Below are positions 22,201 through 31,666 of a stretch of DNA of 64,000 nt, piece after piece. Within the stretch, counting starts at the first letter, position 1. Each line of letters opens with the position of its first letter. This DNA is from a virus. The position numbers were made by a program, and so were the translations under genes. The stretch covers positions 64,001 to 128,000 of IMG/VR virus record IMGVR_UViG_3300050821_001428; one strand, given 5' to 3'. The notes under the pieces were generated by a model. The model was not told the DNA's origin and ran no database searches. It was given only the letters and a program-made list of their open reading frames with translations.

Positions 22201-22319
22201 ACAGACGAGAACATCTTGTATTCTGGACTTCCAACCGCGCCACTAAAGCTAGGATCAAGCAAGCGGGCTTGTACTATCATCTGGTTTAGCCAGTCGTCTG
22301 CTGTTAATACGATAGACAT
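19269..22319 (-). CDS. Baseplate J-like protein
   Basis: G.QLD....FG.QR..A..A.G.V.F, V.A...G...NV.AG, V.NP....G.D.EDD..F.R and GT..S motifs; enlarged by inserted domains. Confidence 0.88.
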   Translation of the reverse strand: MSIVLTADDWLNQMIVQARLLDPSFSGAVGSPEYKMFSSVAQTLAASQVNMTGLSNALNINSKVGSQLDQFTANFGMQRQKATPAQGYVVFRRPSPAPTNITISQGLVIQANGVNTNSPTTVQYSTSSPGTIAQGETASAPVPVQAVTAGVATNVPAGALNQFVGTIPAGVSSVSNPTAITNGLDPEDDDIFKSRFQNTWARNLSGTTSSYLAVALAGAFTTKAVCIGQQSTFIEYIQVPNADDAGIVNSSIQLINGNIQAMTAGASAGGLWTTALSDIPYAKNLFTSIPTFISDNGTGTYYYQQDVDYTYNTPPLLQGDALREHVTTAAGPPSTGEISLNGTNFAIPVESTTGFPTSGSLYLYASDLNWYTVTYTNIDINTSGGQYTPEFTGCNTVPTYGGTAKTFVGYPIYLIPTDTEERPNFTFTNINSVIDVATGQYTRLFDTTTGEWVTNSEIVNPADNLITVQTLTPGQVIQSEFRYVSTASRNNLNINLNNCIDVYVNGSNPQQTSCVFMPPSSSTNPLTAIFTNTTSSPFYVDNFRRDGEPERRPNIGNHWTPLFNPPITSLPASITGPDGATFFLDVHYWLVHEIDELANSIRGRDGIEWSYQFWGDNQTTPPIDNSGYLPGGDSTSTVMNYGQSKLPIEVDNYSNDANIINMQATYDAQSPVTTDVLAHGAKIRYFKFDVTLMYAQNAGAAGVQSAITSTLSNYLNNQYFGTIVQLSSILEQIGAVSGVQNVRWSNDLPTPPNQIRVIETDINGNPLAGVQTDRYAPYSSANKASFTLQVTGANFGSTDNYRLTWNDSVLGTFTTNPISYTASASDIQTAINTVIESFALPYQNGVTVTQLYRSPDTLNPYTQYLVTYATPATTVASGSNNIDVSTFTGSGVLNVASTTVSPAYPTTGTINVETGNGIAVISYTGTTSTTFTGCNTIAGGVPSGILTTGGVVTPPQPVVPTVLNTISQGIYLYNTDFFLMDDELPALPMGMVAGDTLPGLIAQTRAENTFYRPVIN

Positions 22320-22781
22320 TTAGCCACCCACACTCGATGTTAGTAGTGATGTGCCAGAACCGGTTGTTAATGTCGCGGTCATATGTACCATTGTTTCTAC
22401 TTGTTGAATATTAATATTTGAAACACCTAGTAATGCCTCACCAGCGGTCAGTGTGGAAGATCCGTAGGTCGAGAGATCATTCTGGTTACGTTGAACCTGT
22501 AGCATTTGATAGTTCTGACAAATACGTTGAATTTCAGCCTGAATCATAGCGGCTACATCCTGATCGTTATTACTACCAATTAATCCATGGTAAACATTAC
22601 CATCGGCATCAATTCCGCCTTCGATGATAGACCCAAAATTAGGATCATTATAATCTGTACCTAGGGGTTCAAGAATGCAGCAAGACAGGTCTTGCACAAG
22701 TTTGTTTGCACCTGTTACGGTATTCAAACCCTTTGGGCCGTAGGAGATATCTCCATTAGATATTGCTAGTGACCAACTCAT
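22320..22781 (-). CDS. Baseplate wedge / gp25-like sheath initiator
   Basis: GDI...V.G..KLVQDL...L.EP.G....P.FGS; immediately upstream of J. Confidence 0.75.
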   Translation of the reverse strand: MSWSLAISNGDISYGPKGLNTVTGANKLVQDLSCCILEPLGTDYNDPNFGSIIEGGIDADGNVYHGLIGSNNDQDVAAMIQAEIQRICQNYQMLQVQRNQNDLSTYGSSTLTAGEALLGVSNINIQQVETMVHMTATLTTGSGTSLLTSSVGG

Positions 22782-22811
22782 TCAATGATTACACTTGTGT
22801 AGTAGTAAAAA

Positions 22812-23735
22812 TCATGAACCGTGGACAATAAACCAATTGACAACGCTTACCGGAGGTAGAATATTCATAGGGGTACTGCTACCCACCGAGGAAGTGATAG
22901 CCTCCCCGCCATAATGCGAGACACCGTTTAAGGGAGGTGAGTTGCTATCTCCCCCTAGCCAGATACTAGTTGTGTCACTACCATGGCTGATATCTAATCC
23001 GGTAGTATGCGTGTGGCTCGTTATCTCCGATGTTAGCTGTACATGAGATTGCTCTCCACCCGGGCCATATACCGGTTCGTTACCAATATCCCAAGTAGTT
23101 CCGTGGTCAGCATCGCTAACACCAGCGCCCAAAGGTACACGTCCGGTAAGTTTAGGCACCCTTAGACCACTTCCAGATTTATACGCCGGGTGAATATTAG
23201 CGAATAGATTAGGGTAATCTGTCTCGGCGTTAGGGTAGAACTGTCCATCGCATAATAGGGCACCTGGGTAAGTAGCCGTCGCAGCCGGGACTAACGCCCC
23301 TGGTCTAATTGGCATCAATTGTGTAACAACACCCGCATGAGAGTAAGCTAGATTTTCTCCGTTAAAAAATATCTCAAAGTCAACATTGTTGTTATCGGCG
23401 TCGGGGATACTACCAACGACCGCCACCTTACCCGTGTCTGAGTTTAGAACTAAATCACCTTGGTCGTAATCTGTAAAGGAATTCGCCGCAGCCGTCTGCT
23501 GGGGAAATAATCCATCCAAATACCAAGACCCGTTATATTGAATAACCATCCATGTTTCCCCAACCACCGGCCAACGAAAAGCAGGGGAGATATTATATAA
23601 ACAAATCTGGATGGCTTTACCGGATTTGATAGCGCCTTCGATGATAGGCGCGGGCGCTCCGATTGACGTTGTAGCATTAGGATCAACCGTGGTTATTACG
23701 CATGTGTATCTAATTGTACCCGATTGTATAGCCAT
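22812..23735 (-). CDS. Baseplate spike-position protein: OB-fold-like N-terminus plus tail-collar domain
   Basis: WPVVGETW.V; LLCDG...YPNLFA.I...VP.L.GRVPLGAG; HTH motif; NILPP...VNWFI ending. Confidence 0.65.
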   Translation of the reverse strand: MAIQSGTIRYTCVITTVDPNATTSIGAPAPIIEGAIKSGKAIQICLYNISPAFRWPVVGETWMVIQYNGSWYLDGLFPQQTAAANSFTDYDQGDLVLNSDTGKVAVVGSIPDADNNNVDFEIFFNGENLAYSHAGVVTQLMPIRPGALVPAATATYPGALLCDGQFYPNAETDYPNLFANIHPAYKSGSGLRVPKLTGRVPLGAGVSDADHGTTWDIGNEPVYGPGGEQSHVQLTSEITSHTHTTGLDISHGSDTTSIWLGGDSNSPPLNGVSHYGGEAITSSVGSSTPMNILPPVSVVNWFIVHGS

Positions 23736-23762
23736 ACTAATTATGTTACTGATCCGTAGATT

Positions 23763-26630
23763 TTAGCCCCGAATAATATGGTGGCCACCGCCGCCTTGCG
23801 CTGGCTTTTTCGGTGTTTTAGGAGGCTTAACTTGGGCATTGCCCGCATCCTGAACCGGCTCACCTAAGGCAGCAACCATATTAGGCGGTAGTCCGGTTTC
23901 ACTAGAGGAAAACCCCTTCATGATACTCGGGGAATTAAGCTGTGCCGTTGTCGTGAAACCCGATGTGTAATCAAAAGTATGAGTTACTTGATTCACATAC
24001 ATCATCAACCCATGTGATGGGAATCCGATCTTCCCTCCCGGGAAGATTTCCGGCATAAAGGTAAAATCAAAATGAGATTCAAACTGATTAGACCAAGCTT
24101 TCATGAAAAGCTGATAAGCCATAAACATTTCGAATACACCGGAGCGCACCATTGGATATTCTTGGACATAAGGTCTGGCCCCATATCTCTTAATGAAATT
24201 CAAAGCGTCTTTGGTTCCCATTACCTCACCGAGTCCAGATTGATCTGTACCATTTTCGATTAGACCCGGAGATTGAAATGCGTTAAACACTGTAATAGTA
24301 CCGGCTGAGAATAACTCATTTAACATTGAGTCGTTGATAGGATATGTATTATCTCCGATTGCGTATACATGGGTAGCTAGAGAATCATCTGAGATATTGA
24401 TTGTACCGCTAGTAATTTCGATATCATCAACATACCAATAAGGATCATGGTGGCCCATTTCGCCAAAATAATCTGGGTAAAACGCATAGAATGACCCATC
24501 GGGCAAGCTCATAAACTCACGCATAGATGCCTGGCATACCTGTTGGATAAATGGCAATAGCGATTGATCATGCATCAGACCCTTGCCTTCTGAGCCTAAC
24601 AAGATAGCGACGATAGAATCTTGAATTGAAGGGAAATCAAGACTCTGCGTAAATGCCTCGGCAGAGGTCTGACTAATCGTATTACCGCTATTACCACCTC
24701 CATCACTACCACCACCCGACGCATCGTTAATCGTCGTTGATCCCGCCGCTATATCCAATCTATATTGGGCATTAGGGGTAAGAAAGGATGCGGGAATATG
24801 ATAAGGTTTATATCCTTGATCTGATCTAGCATACAATGGATTACTATCTCCCTTAGATAACCATCGTGGACCATTGCCAGGTGCGCTGCCATCCGCAGTA
24901 CCCCAATAATACCCTTTGGTACCTCCAATACGCATAAAAATATGCTCCCCAGGATTATCCCAAATAGTTATTGACTGTGATGAGTTATCAACATTAGGTA
25001 CTAATATCCCTTTCTCAATTAATGCATGAACAAGTCTTGAGTCGTTGGGCACCGAACCAGCAGGTAATAATCCATCATACAATCCCGCCGCATATAATAC
25101 AGCAGCAACCGATCCCGAACAATCATATCCCTTTCCGGGAGTCCCCCCGTTTTCTCCCGATGTGCCGATAGACGGGACGCCGACTTTGGTATGACCTCCG
25201 CCCCAAATATACGGATATTTTTCGTTAGCAATAGCATTCGCGGCCTGTACTATCACATCGTAAGTACTAGTAATGGTATCCCCTAGAGCGTTAACATTAC
25301 CTAACCCATTGGAGTTCATGTATTTAGCTAATGGGCCTGAAAGAGTAAATTTCTTTGTTTTATCTGATTTGGACGCTCCGGGTTTACTGCCATCCTTATT
25401 ATTTGATGAAATTCCTTGTCCGTATTGCTTATATACTTGCTCAGCATGTTGCTGACGCCCTTTCAAATTTAATGCCGCCTGGGTTGAGGGCGAATTTTTG
25501 GCCTGGCCGTCTTCAAATCCTATCAAAAATGTAAATGCTGCCTGGGATGGGGTACCGGCAGAATTCAGTTCTGCAATCAGAGCAGAAGACATGTGATTAT
25601 ATATATATAATATCTGACCATTTAGCGTGGTTGGATCTTGTCCATGGTTTTTGCACCACTGAATCAAATCAGCATATAAACCGACTCCATTAGCATAGCT
25701 GTTGGTAAACTGGGCAATGCCGTAACCCACGCCCTTTTGTCCTAATTGGGCTGTAGTATCCCCTATTTGGACGGTGGTGGGGCTGAGTGTAGAATCTTCT
25801 ACGAGAAAATTACCCATCATGCCAGAGGCTGCTATCTCGGTTAAACCAAGGCTTGTTAATCCATTGAAAATCTTCTGTGCATTGGTATTCCCCGTGAGCG
25901 AGGGATTCATGGCTCCGTTTCCTGAACCCTGTCCGTTAGCGCCGAGCATCATCGTAAATACCTGCTGTAGTTCTGTAGCCGCAGCGGCATCCAATGTATC
26001 CATCGCATTCATAAGCGTCAGGACACGATTAACGATACCATTAGCGCCTTGTGGCAATGGCTCGATCCAGATGTCGCCATCATCCCATTGGCCTACGTCG
26101 TACAACAATCCCCAGAGTAATCTGGAGATACTACCATCTTCCAGTTTTGCCTTATTCTGCTTAAGATTTTTAGCATTAATACCTGACGCAGAGATAATTG
26201 AACCTTGTCCGGTATTGATCCATCCATACTTCTCAAAGAACGAAATCATAAATGGTAACGATGGATCAAAATATGAATATAACAAACGTTTCAAAGTACA
26301 TGATGCTTGTAATTGGATAACGGCGGGCTGAAGTTGTAGATAAGGCGTCTGATCTAGATACCCTGTGAAGACCCTGACCGGAAATCCGGCGATACGCTCC
26401 ATATAAATCGTAATGGGGTCTTGGGGATGGAACGCAATACCATTGCTAGGGGTAGTAAAAATCTTATCCGGGTTACGCAATACCAAAGTAGCCGTAGACA
26501 CCTGACCGATATTACGTTCGATTTCGCCAGATACAATAAATGGCGAAATATCTAGCGTTACATTCTGCGCGTTCTTAGTATAAGCATAAACTTTTGGTGA
26601 ATAAACCAGGCGGTTAGGCATTACCGCCAC
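23763..26630 (-). CDS. Baseplate hub with tail lysozyme and NlpC/P60 peptidase domains
   Basis: Hub-like termini; AASGMMGNF.VE...GYGIAQFT (tail lysozyme); YIWGGGH...DCSG.V...HIFM (NlpC/P60). Confidence 0.82.
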   Translation of the reverse strand: MAVMPNRLVYSPKVYAYTKNAQNVTLDISPFIVSGEIERNIGQVSTATLVLRNPDKIFTTPSNGIAFHPQDPITIYMERIAGFPVRVFTGYLDQTPYLQLQPAVIQLQASCTLKRLLYSYFDPSLPFMISFFEKYGWINTGQGSIISASGINAKNLKQNKAKLEDGSISRLLWGLLYDVGQWDDGDIWIEPLPQGANGIVNRVLTLMNAMDTLDAAAATELQQVFTMMLGANGQGSGNGAMNPSLTGNTNAQKIFNGLTSLGLTEIAASGMMGNFLVEDSTLSPTTVQIGDTTAQLGQKGVGYGIAQFTNSYANGVGLYADLIQWCKNHGQDPTTLNGQILYIYNHMSSALIAELNSAGTPSQAAFTFLIGFEDGQAKNSPSTQAALNLKGRQQHAEQVYKQYGQGISSNNKDGSKPGASKSDKTKKFTLSGPLAKYMNSNGLGNVNALGDTITSTYDVIVQAANAIANEKYPYIWGGGHTKVGVPSIGTSGENGGTPGKGYDCSGSVAAVLYAAGLYDGLLPAGSVPNDSRLVHALIEKGILVPNVDNSSQSITIWDNPGEHIFMRIGGTKGYYWGTADGSAPGNGPRWLSKGDSNPLYARSDQGYKPYHIPASFLTPNAQYRLDIAAGSTTINDASGGGSDGGGNSGNTISQTSAEAFTQSLDFPSIQDSIVAILLGSEGKGLMHDQSLLPFIQQVCQASMREFMSLPDGSFYAFYPDYFGEMGHHDPYWYVDDIEITSGTINISDDSLATHVYAIGDNTYPINDSMLNELFSAGTITVFNAFQSPGLIENGTDQSGLGEVMGTKDALNFIKRYGARPYVQEYPMVRSGVFEMFMAYQLFMKAWSNQFESHFDFTFMPEIFPGGKIGFPSHGLMMYVNQVTHTFDYTSGFTTTAQLNSPSIMKGFSSSETGLPPNMVAALGEPVQDAGNAQVKPPKTPKKPAQGGGGHHIIRG

Positions 26631-27534
26631 CTCCTAATGTTGAGATAACATTGTTAGTAGCGCCCGCAACCGACTGTAGAGTCTTAACGTTATTCTTTTC
26701 GTTCTGCTTAGTAAGCCAGTTTTGTGATTTAGTTCCGTGAAGCATAGCTAGCCATGTCTGGGTTGGTTTCTCAAATGCTTCTGATTCTGTGAATAACGGG
26801 CTACGAAGCATCTGAACGACAATGAAATGCGCCGTCCACGTTGGACGATGATTACCTGCTTGGTGACTGCGGGATATGGTGTCTATATACCCCAGGCACA
26901 TAATTTTGCCATGTCCGCCTACAATGTTCTGATTGTAAGCATGTGGAATTGGTTTTTCATTATTGATTTCAAGCGTTACCTTGCGACCATCGGTACGCCC
27001 ACCTTCCGGAACCGTACCGATACTACGCGCTAGATAAAATTGCACCAAATCTGGCGTTCCACTATGATTGATCAATGCATTATGCTGAGACATGTGGATA
27101 TATTCGGTCAGCGCCCCATAATGCGCTGTGCTATAACATTGCCCTTGAATAGTAAATGATGGTATAGTGATATTATGTGGATAAAAATCTCTAGTCTTCT
27201 GAGACTGAGCGGTCGTTCCTGAAATCCCTAAATCAATTTTAAGGTCATTAACGAATAATGGTACATAGTATTCGGAATTACAGAAATTAGCGTTAGCGTG
27301 TTTTAGGAGATTCCTCCAGCGGTTCTGATAGGCTACTTGGCTAGCCCTTGCATCATAACCGCTGTTCCAGTCTTGGGAAACCGGCGCGAGCTGACCGTTA
27401 GGCCATTGTTGGTATGTAAATCCCAACGCCCCCGGTCCTATAGTTGAAGCAAATTCCGATGAGGGAAGGGTATCATCCCAAAGCTTGATTGATGGGTTAT
27501 TCCAGTTGTATGGTATCGCTGGTGGTTTAGCCAT
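26614..27534 (-). CDS. Tail tube initiator/baseplate protein (putative)
   Basis: Position between the tape measure cluster and the hub. Confidence 0.45.
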   Translation of the reverse strand: MAKPPAIPYNWNNPSIKLWDDTLPSSEFASTIGPGALGFTYQQWPNGQLAPVSQDWNSGYDARASQVAYQNRWRNLLKHANANFCNSEYYVPLFVNDLKIDLGISGTTAQSQKTRDFYPHNITIPSFTIQGQCYSTAHYGALTEYIHMSQHNALINHSGTPDLVQFYLARSIGTVPEGGRTDGRKVTLEINNEKPIPHAYNQNIVGGHGKIMCLGYIDTISRSHQAGNHRPTWTAHFIVVQMLRSPLFTESEAFEKPTQTWLAMLHGTKSQNWLTKQNEKNNVKTLQSVAGATNNVISTLGGGGNA

Positions 27535-27536
27535 TA

Positions 27537-28361
27537 TTAACCCTTCTTAGGTTTGGTCGGAGTCTTTTTCTGTTGAAGCGAGTTATGAGTCGCATTTTGA
27601 TTATTCTTACCAAAATTAGGCTGTGAGCCAACCGCACCAACTAAGCTGGAGAAATCACCCTTCATATACGCTGGGATAAGAGAACTATAATAATCGGCCC
27701 ATTTAGATGCTTGTGCTTGGGCCGCTGAGTCGGACTGATCGCCAGACTGAAAGGGATTGGTATTCGGGTTGTTAGAATGAGGGCTAATATTACCGGTAAG
27801 GCTAAAGGTTCCAATCTGCTTGGCCGAACCGCCATCTAGGGTTGAGCTAATATCCTTGATAGCTGCTGCCTTTATGCCATCCTTAATCACAGATAAATCT
27901 GGTGAATCATCAATAATATGCGCTTGTAATTGCCATTGTGGGCCTACCATACCTGTTTGATAACCAAACCCCGGGACTGATTTAGGATAAATAGCGAATT
28001 GCCAATTACGAGTTGGATATGAACAGATCATTGGCTCTAGATTATAAGATTCATTTGGCGTAGGAGATTGAGCCTTACCTTGGGTTGCGATAATTAGGTA
28101 TCTAGAGAAAAACTTATAAATATGCTCTAATTGTTTATATGTAGCACAAGTACCAGTCATCGTTAGATCATCAATATATACAGATAAAATCTGCACAACT
28201 TCTCCACCATAAGTAGGATAAGTTTGGGTATTGAGTCCATATGCCCATTGAGCTTCATCAATACCGTTATCTATAGTTAATGATCCAAGATACTTATGCG
28301 AGAATCTTATAGTATTAGTAAACCCATGGTCCTTATTTTTATGTGGAGAAGCTGTTGTCAT
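27537..28361 (-). CDS. Tail/baseplate protein (putative tube initiator)
   Basis: WAY.LNT..YPTYGGEVVQILS..IDDLT..G, recalled from Bxz1-like phages; directly after the TMP. Confidence 0.5.
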   Translation of the reverse strand: MTTASPHKNKDHGFTNTIRFSHKYLGSLTIDNGIDEAQWAYGLNTQTYPTYGGEVVQILSVYIDDLTMTGTCATYKQLEHIYKFFSRYLIIATQGKAQSPTPNESYNLEPMICSYPTRNWQFAIYPKSVPGFGYQTGMVGPQWQLQAHIIDDSPDLSVIKDGIKAAAIKDISSTLDGGSAKQIGTFSLTGNISPHSNNPNTNPFQSGDQSDSAAQAQASKWADYYSSLIPAYMKGDFSSLVGAVGSQPNFGKNNQNATHNSLQQKKTPTKPKKG

Positions 28362-28364
28362 TGT

Positions 28365-30452
28365 TTAGTAGGCGTAGGACTGGGTGGCTGGATGATATGG
28401 CTGAGTACTTCCTGTTGGGTGATCATTCAACCCCGCCCAAGCCTTACGATGTATAACGTCGGACTGATCGCCACCGACTTGGTTCTTCTTTATATTAATA
28501 GGCGTTCTTCCTGCATTAGACTCGCGCTTGCTTTGTGATGGTCCCTGCACAATCTGAAGAATCCTGGCGGCCTGAGGTGTTAAACCAACGGTTACGTTTG
28601 TCGCATTTATCTTGTTATCCTTGCCGCCACCGCCGATACCTGATAAATATCTATCTGTCTGATTTAGACGATCTTTCCAATTCTTGTCATTACTTAGTTC
28701 CCGAATATGTTTAGCACTAATTCCTGCTTCGCGCAAGGCGGGGATGACCTGGGCATTCCAATCTCTGTTCAATGTTTCTCGGTTAGCACCTGTTACTTGT
28801 CCATGACCGGCCTTTCTAGCCACCTGGAAGGCGTCCCACATACCAATGCCATTGGTAGACGATCCTAATACTTCCTCGGCAGCAGCGACATGGGAGTATC
28901 GAGTATCTTCGCCAAGCATACGTTGTACTACGGACTTACTAATACCTAACATTGAGGCTATCTGTGCGGCCTCCATCTCAGAACCATTGCGGGTTCTTAA
29001 AGACGTACCATCCTTACGTGAGTACGTATCGTAATTAATGCTCTTAAGACCTTGATTTAACATTCGGACAGCTTGTAACGTCGTGCTAGTGAATTGCCCG
29101 CCACCCATGCTGCCAAGACCAGATGGCAAAACACCCTGACCGAGAGCTAGACCTTGTACAATTGGAGATTGTGCCAATTGAGCAGCCACATGAGGGTCCA
29201 AGCCGGTAGCTTCTGTGAAGCCCGTTACCGTACCGATTGATTGCGCTAATCCTGATCCCATGTTTGCTAATGCCTGTGCCGAATCAGCTACAGAGCTACC
29301 AAATGTATTAACAGATTCTTTCGCAGCGCGAGCCTGGACATCCATATTGGAAAGAGCATCCGCTAACTGGGAAGCTGATGTGCCACCATTACGTAGAGCC
29401 GGGTCAAATTGACCTAATGTTTCGGCAGACAAACCTGGCATTTTAGAAATCAAAGGCCCCATAAAATTCTTAGCTATTGTTGTCGCATCTCCACCAGGGG
29501 TAGACCATGGTGTAGGCGCGACATTAGGGGCAAATCCTTGATTCAAAATAACATCAAGCATCGACTGTGCTTGATTGCTAGTCAGACCTTGACCCGTGCC
29601 AAAGTTGACTAGATCCCTGCCGGTAAGGTAGTTCTGTAATGCCAGAGCGCCCATACCGATGCCTTGAGCCTGGCTGATATCTCGCGTAAATAGTTGATGA
29701 CCTAAAATAGCATTGCCACCCGCACCAGGGCCATATCCAAATGTCTGTCCGATAGTTGCCTGGGTACCTAGCCAATCATCAATGTGACCAACGCCTTTTC
29801 CTACCGACGATAGAATTTGAGATGCACCTTGTGCTAACCCCGGCGTTAGAGTTCTATCACCAAATTTTATACCTTGCGCGACAAGATTATTATGGGCATC
29901 GTAGACCATTTGACCATAATTATCACTAGTTTTATCCTGATTCGTATAATCAATAAATTGATTGGTAAATCCCTGCCCGAAACCTCTACTTAGATTGCCT
30001 ATCATCCCCGGGCTAGTGGCGTCCGTCATGTTCTGACCAACATTAGATGCCATATTTAGATTTTGTTGGAGATTATATGAACCCAAACGCCATCTGCGGT
30101 AAAACTGTGGTCCGCCCTCACCAATCTGAGCGGCGGCGATCACCTGACCGAGATTATCTCGGTCATCATCAATATTTTTTGCTACAGTAGCCGGATCACT
30201 TACGGCAATATTCTTCTCGTTACCCAGACTAGGTATACTCGTCGGCATACTCTGTCTAGCTTGTCTAATCGAAGCGGCAGCATCGGCAACATTGGTCGAG
30301 AATCCATTTGTTTGTATTGCCATTTGGACAGCCGAAGCAGAATCATAAGTACCAACGTTAGGCGACACTCTCTGTTCCGTATAGAACTGATTTAGTTGTG
30401 AAATCTGCGTTGTTAAACTCTGCAACGCATTGACTAGCTGATCATCTGGCAT
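28365..30452 (-). CDS. Tape measure protein
   Basis: A/G/Q-rich helical 695-aa protein following the tail assembly chaperone. Confidence 0.7.
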   Translation of the reverse strand: MPDDQLVNALQSLTTQISQLNQFYTEQRVSPNVGTYDSASAVQMAIQTNGFSTNVADAAASIRQARQSMPTSIPSLGNEKNIAVSDPATVAKNIDDDRDNLGQVIAAAQIGEGGPQFYRRWRLGSYNLQQNLNMASNVGQNMTDATSPGMIGNLSRGFGQGFTNQFIDYTNQDKTSDNYGQMVYDAHNNLVAQGIKFGDRTLTPGLAQGASQILSSVGKGVGHIDDWLGTQATIGQTFGYGPGAGGNAILGHQLFTRDISQAQGIGMGALALQNYLTGRDLVNFGTGQGLTSNQAQSMLDVILNQGFAPNVAPTPWSTPGGDATTIAKNFMGPLISKMPGLSAETLGQFDPALRNGGTSASQLADALSNMDVQARAAKESVNTFGSSVADSAQALANMGSGLAQSIGTVTGFTEATGLDPHVAAQLAQSPIVQGLALGQGVLPSGLGSMGGGQFTSTTLQAVRMLNQGLKSINYDTYSRKDGTSLRTRNGSEMEAAQIASMLGISKSVVQRMLGEDTRYSHVAAAEEVLGSSTNGIGMWDAFQVARKAGHGQVTGANRETLNRDWNAQVIPALREAGISAKHIRELSNDKNWKDRLNQTDRYLSGIGGGGKDNKINATNVTVGLTPQAARILQIVQGPSQSKRESNAGRTPINIKKNQVGGDQSDVIHRKAWAGLNDHPTGSTQPYHPATQSYAY

Positions 30453-30473
30453 ATCATATATTAAAGATGCGCC

Positions 30474-30502
30474 TTGACAAAAAATCTCTCATGGCGTAAC
30501 AT
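30474..30502 (+). promoter_or_regulatory. Sigma-A/70 promoter, leaderless
   Basis: TTGACA (30474-79), 17-nt spacer, TAACAT (30497-502); ATG follows 6 nt later. Confidence 0.8.
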
Positions 30503-30508
30503 ATAGAC

Positions 30509-30844
30509 ATGAGCAGATACGCTCCCCGTGATAAAGCAGTAGAACAATTATATCAAGAAATGAACCGACCGAATCAGAGTCGAAGCGAAGACATCTTCGA
30601 CTTTATCATTGCAGGCGGAATGATTCTGAGTATTATTCTGGTGCCGCCTTTTAATGTGATCTTTGGTCTGGCGCTTGTCGTTAATACCTTTCGGTGGGCA
30701 TCTCAAAAGTTGAAAAGTCGAAAGGCGCGTCGTCTGGCAAGAAAGGCGCTGGTAAGAAAGGCGAGGCTAAAGGTTGAGGTTGATCAAATTCGCCAGGATC
30801 AGGCGCGGTTTGCTGTGGAACAAGAGCGTCTAAACCGTCCATAG
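30509..30844 (+). CDS. Small membrane protein, antisense to the tail operon
   Basis: Hydrophobic hairpin FIIAGGMILSIILVPPFNVIFGLALVV followed by a basic tail; own consensus promoter. Confidence 0.65.
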   Translation: MSRYAPRDKAVEQLYQEMNRPNQSRSEDIFDFIIAGGMILSIILVPPFNVIFGLALVVNTFRWASQKLKSRKARRLARKALVRKARLKVEVDQIRQDQARFAVEQERLNRP

Positions 30845-31666
30845 CCTCCCATTCATCCATCATCGACCATAGTTCGTTAAGGTCGCTGGGCTGATAGAAG
30901 TTCACACCACTTGGATCATCATCAACGGCGTCACTTGGCAACTGCTGTGGTTCGAATAAGCGTTGATATAGGTATGGGTCTACTACGCCAATAGACGTAG
31001 CAAAAATGCGCTGCTTGAAGTTCTCTTCGCGTTCAGCGACAACAGACTTGTCATCCCATCTCTGTAGATGCGAGACTAGGATTCGTTGGAAGGTAGAGAG
31101 GGCGGGATACCCGTATTCATCGCGCCTGTCAAAGACTCCGATTCGTTCAAGATATCTTCCAAATCCTGCAAGAACGCTGGCTGCGGACTCGTCTGTTGAG
31201 ATAAAAAATTTAGTTGCTCAACCGCCTTGGTCGCCTTGAGTTCCAGTATTTGATACTGATACCATAGATATTCTATAGTAGGCTCGTACCAACCGTCGTC
31301 CTTATTACTAATGAAGTTTAGACGACCTTGAACAAAGTCTTCTATATTAGGTCCAATAGAATCGCAGAAATCGGACCTACCGTCAACGTGCGTCAACGCC
31401 GCTGCGACATGAGCATTACGCCAAATCTTGTCGGCTATTATAGTATTACGATAAGGCTGAATAACCTGGGCGATTGCATAATGGTATTCCGGACGCAATG
31501 TTTGCAATCCAAATGTGTGTCCTGATAATTTAACAGTTTCCGTGACACGACCTAGATATGCTACACCCTCGATTATATGCTGTACCGCAGGGGTGAATAG
31601 CCGAATAGGGTCTATCGTATCGTCTTGCTTCTGACCTTGACTTTGCTCTGGCGTTTTATCCGCCAT
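30681..31666 (-). CDS. Tail assembly chaperone, -1 frameshift product (GT-like, about 328 aa)
   Basis: In-frame U UUU UUA at 31208-31202. The -1 frame is open (FISTDESAASVL...) to the stop at 30681 and includes listed ORF 30681..30941. Confidence 0.85.
31076..31666 (-). CDS. Tail assembly chaperone (G-like)
   Basis: Lies between the tube and TMP genes and contains a slippery site. Confidence 0.8.
   Translation of the reverse strand: MADKTPEQSQGQKQDDTIDPIRLFTPAVQHIIEGVAYLGRVTETVKLSGHTFGLQTLRPEYHYAIAQVIQPYRNTIIADKIWRNAHVAAALTHVDGRSDFCDSIGPNIEDFVQGRLNFISNKDDGWYEPTIEYLWYQYQILELKATKAVEQLNFLSQQTSPQPAFLQDLEDILNESESLTGAMNTGIPPSLPSNES
31202..31211 (-). promoter_or_regulatory. Programmed -1 ribosomal frameshift slippery sequence
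   Basis: A AAT TTT TTA gives overlapping X XXY YYZ heptamers in the correct phase. Confidence 0.85.

Noticed and set aside
25774-26331. 185-aa antisense ORF, and other short opposite-strand ORFs such as 52418..52924
   Set aside because: They lie wholly within well-supported genes and have no motifs or expression signals.
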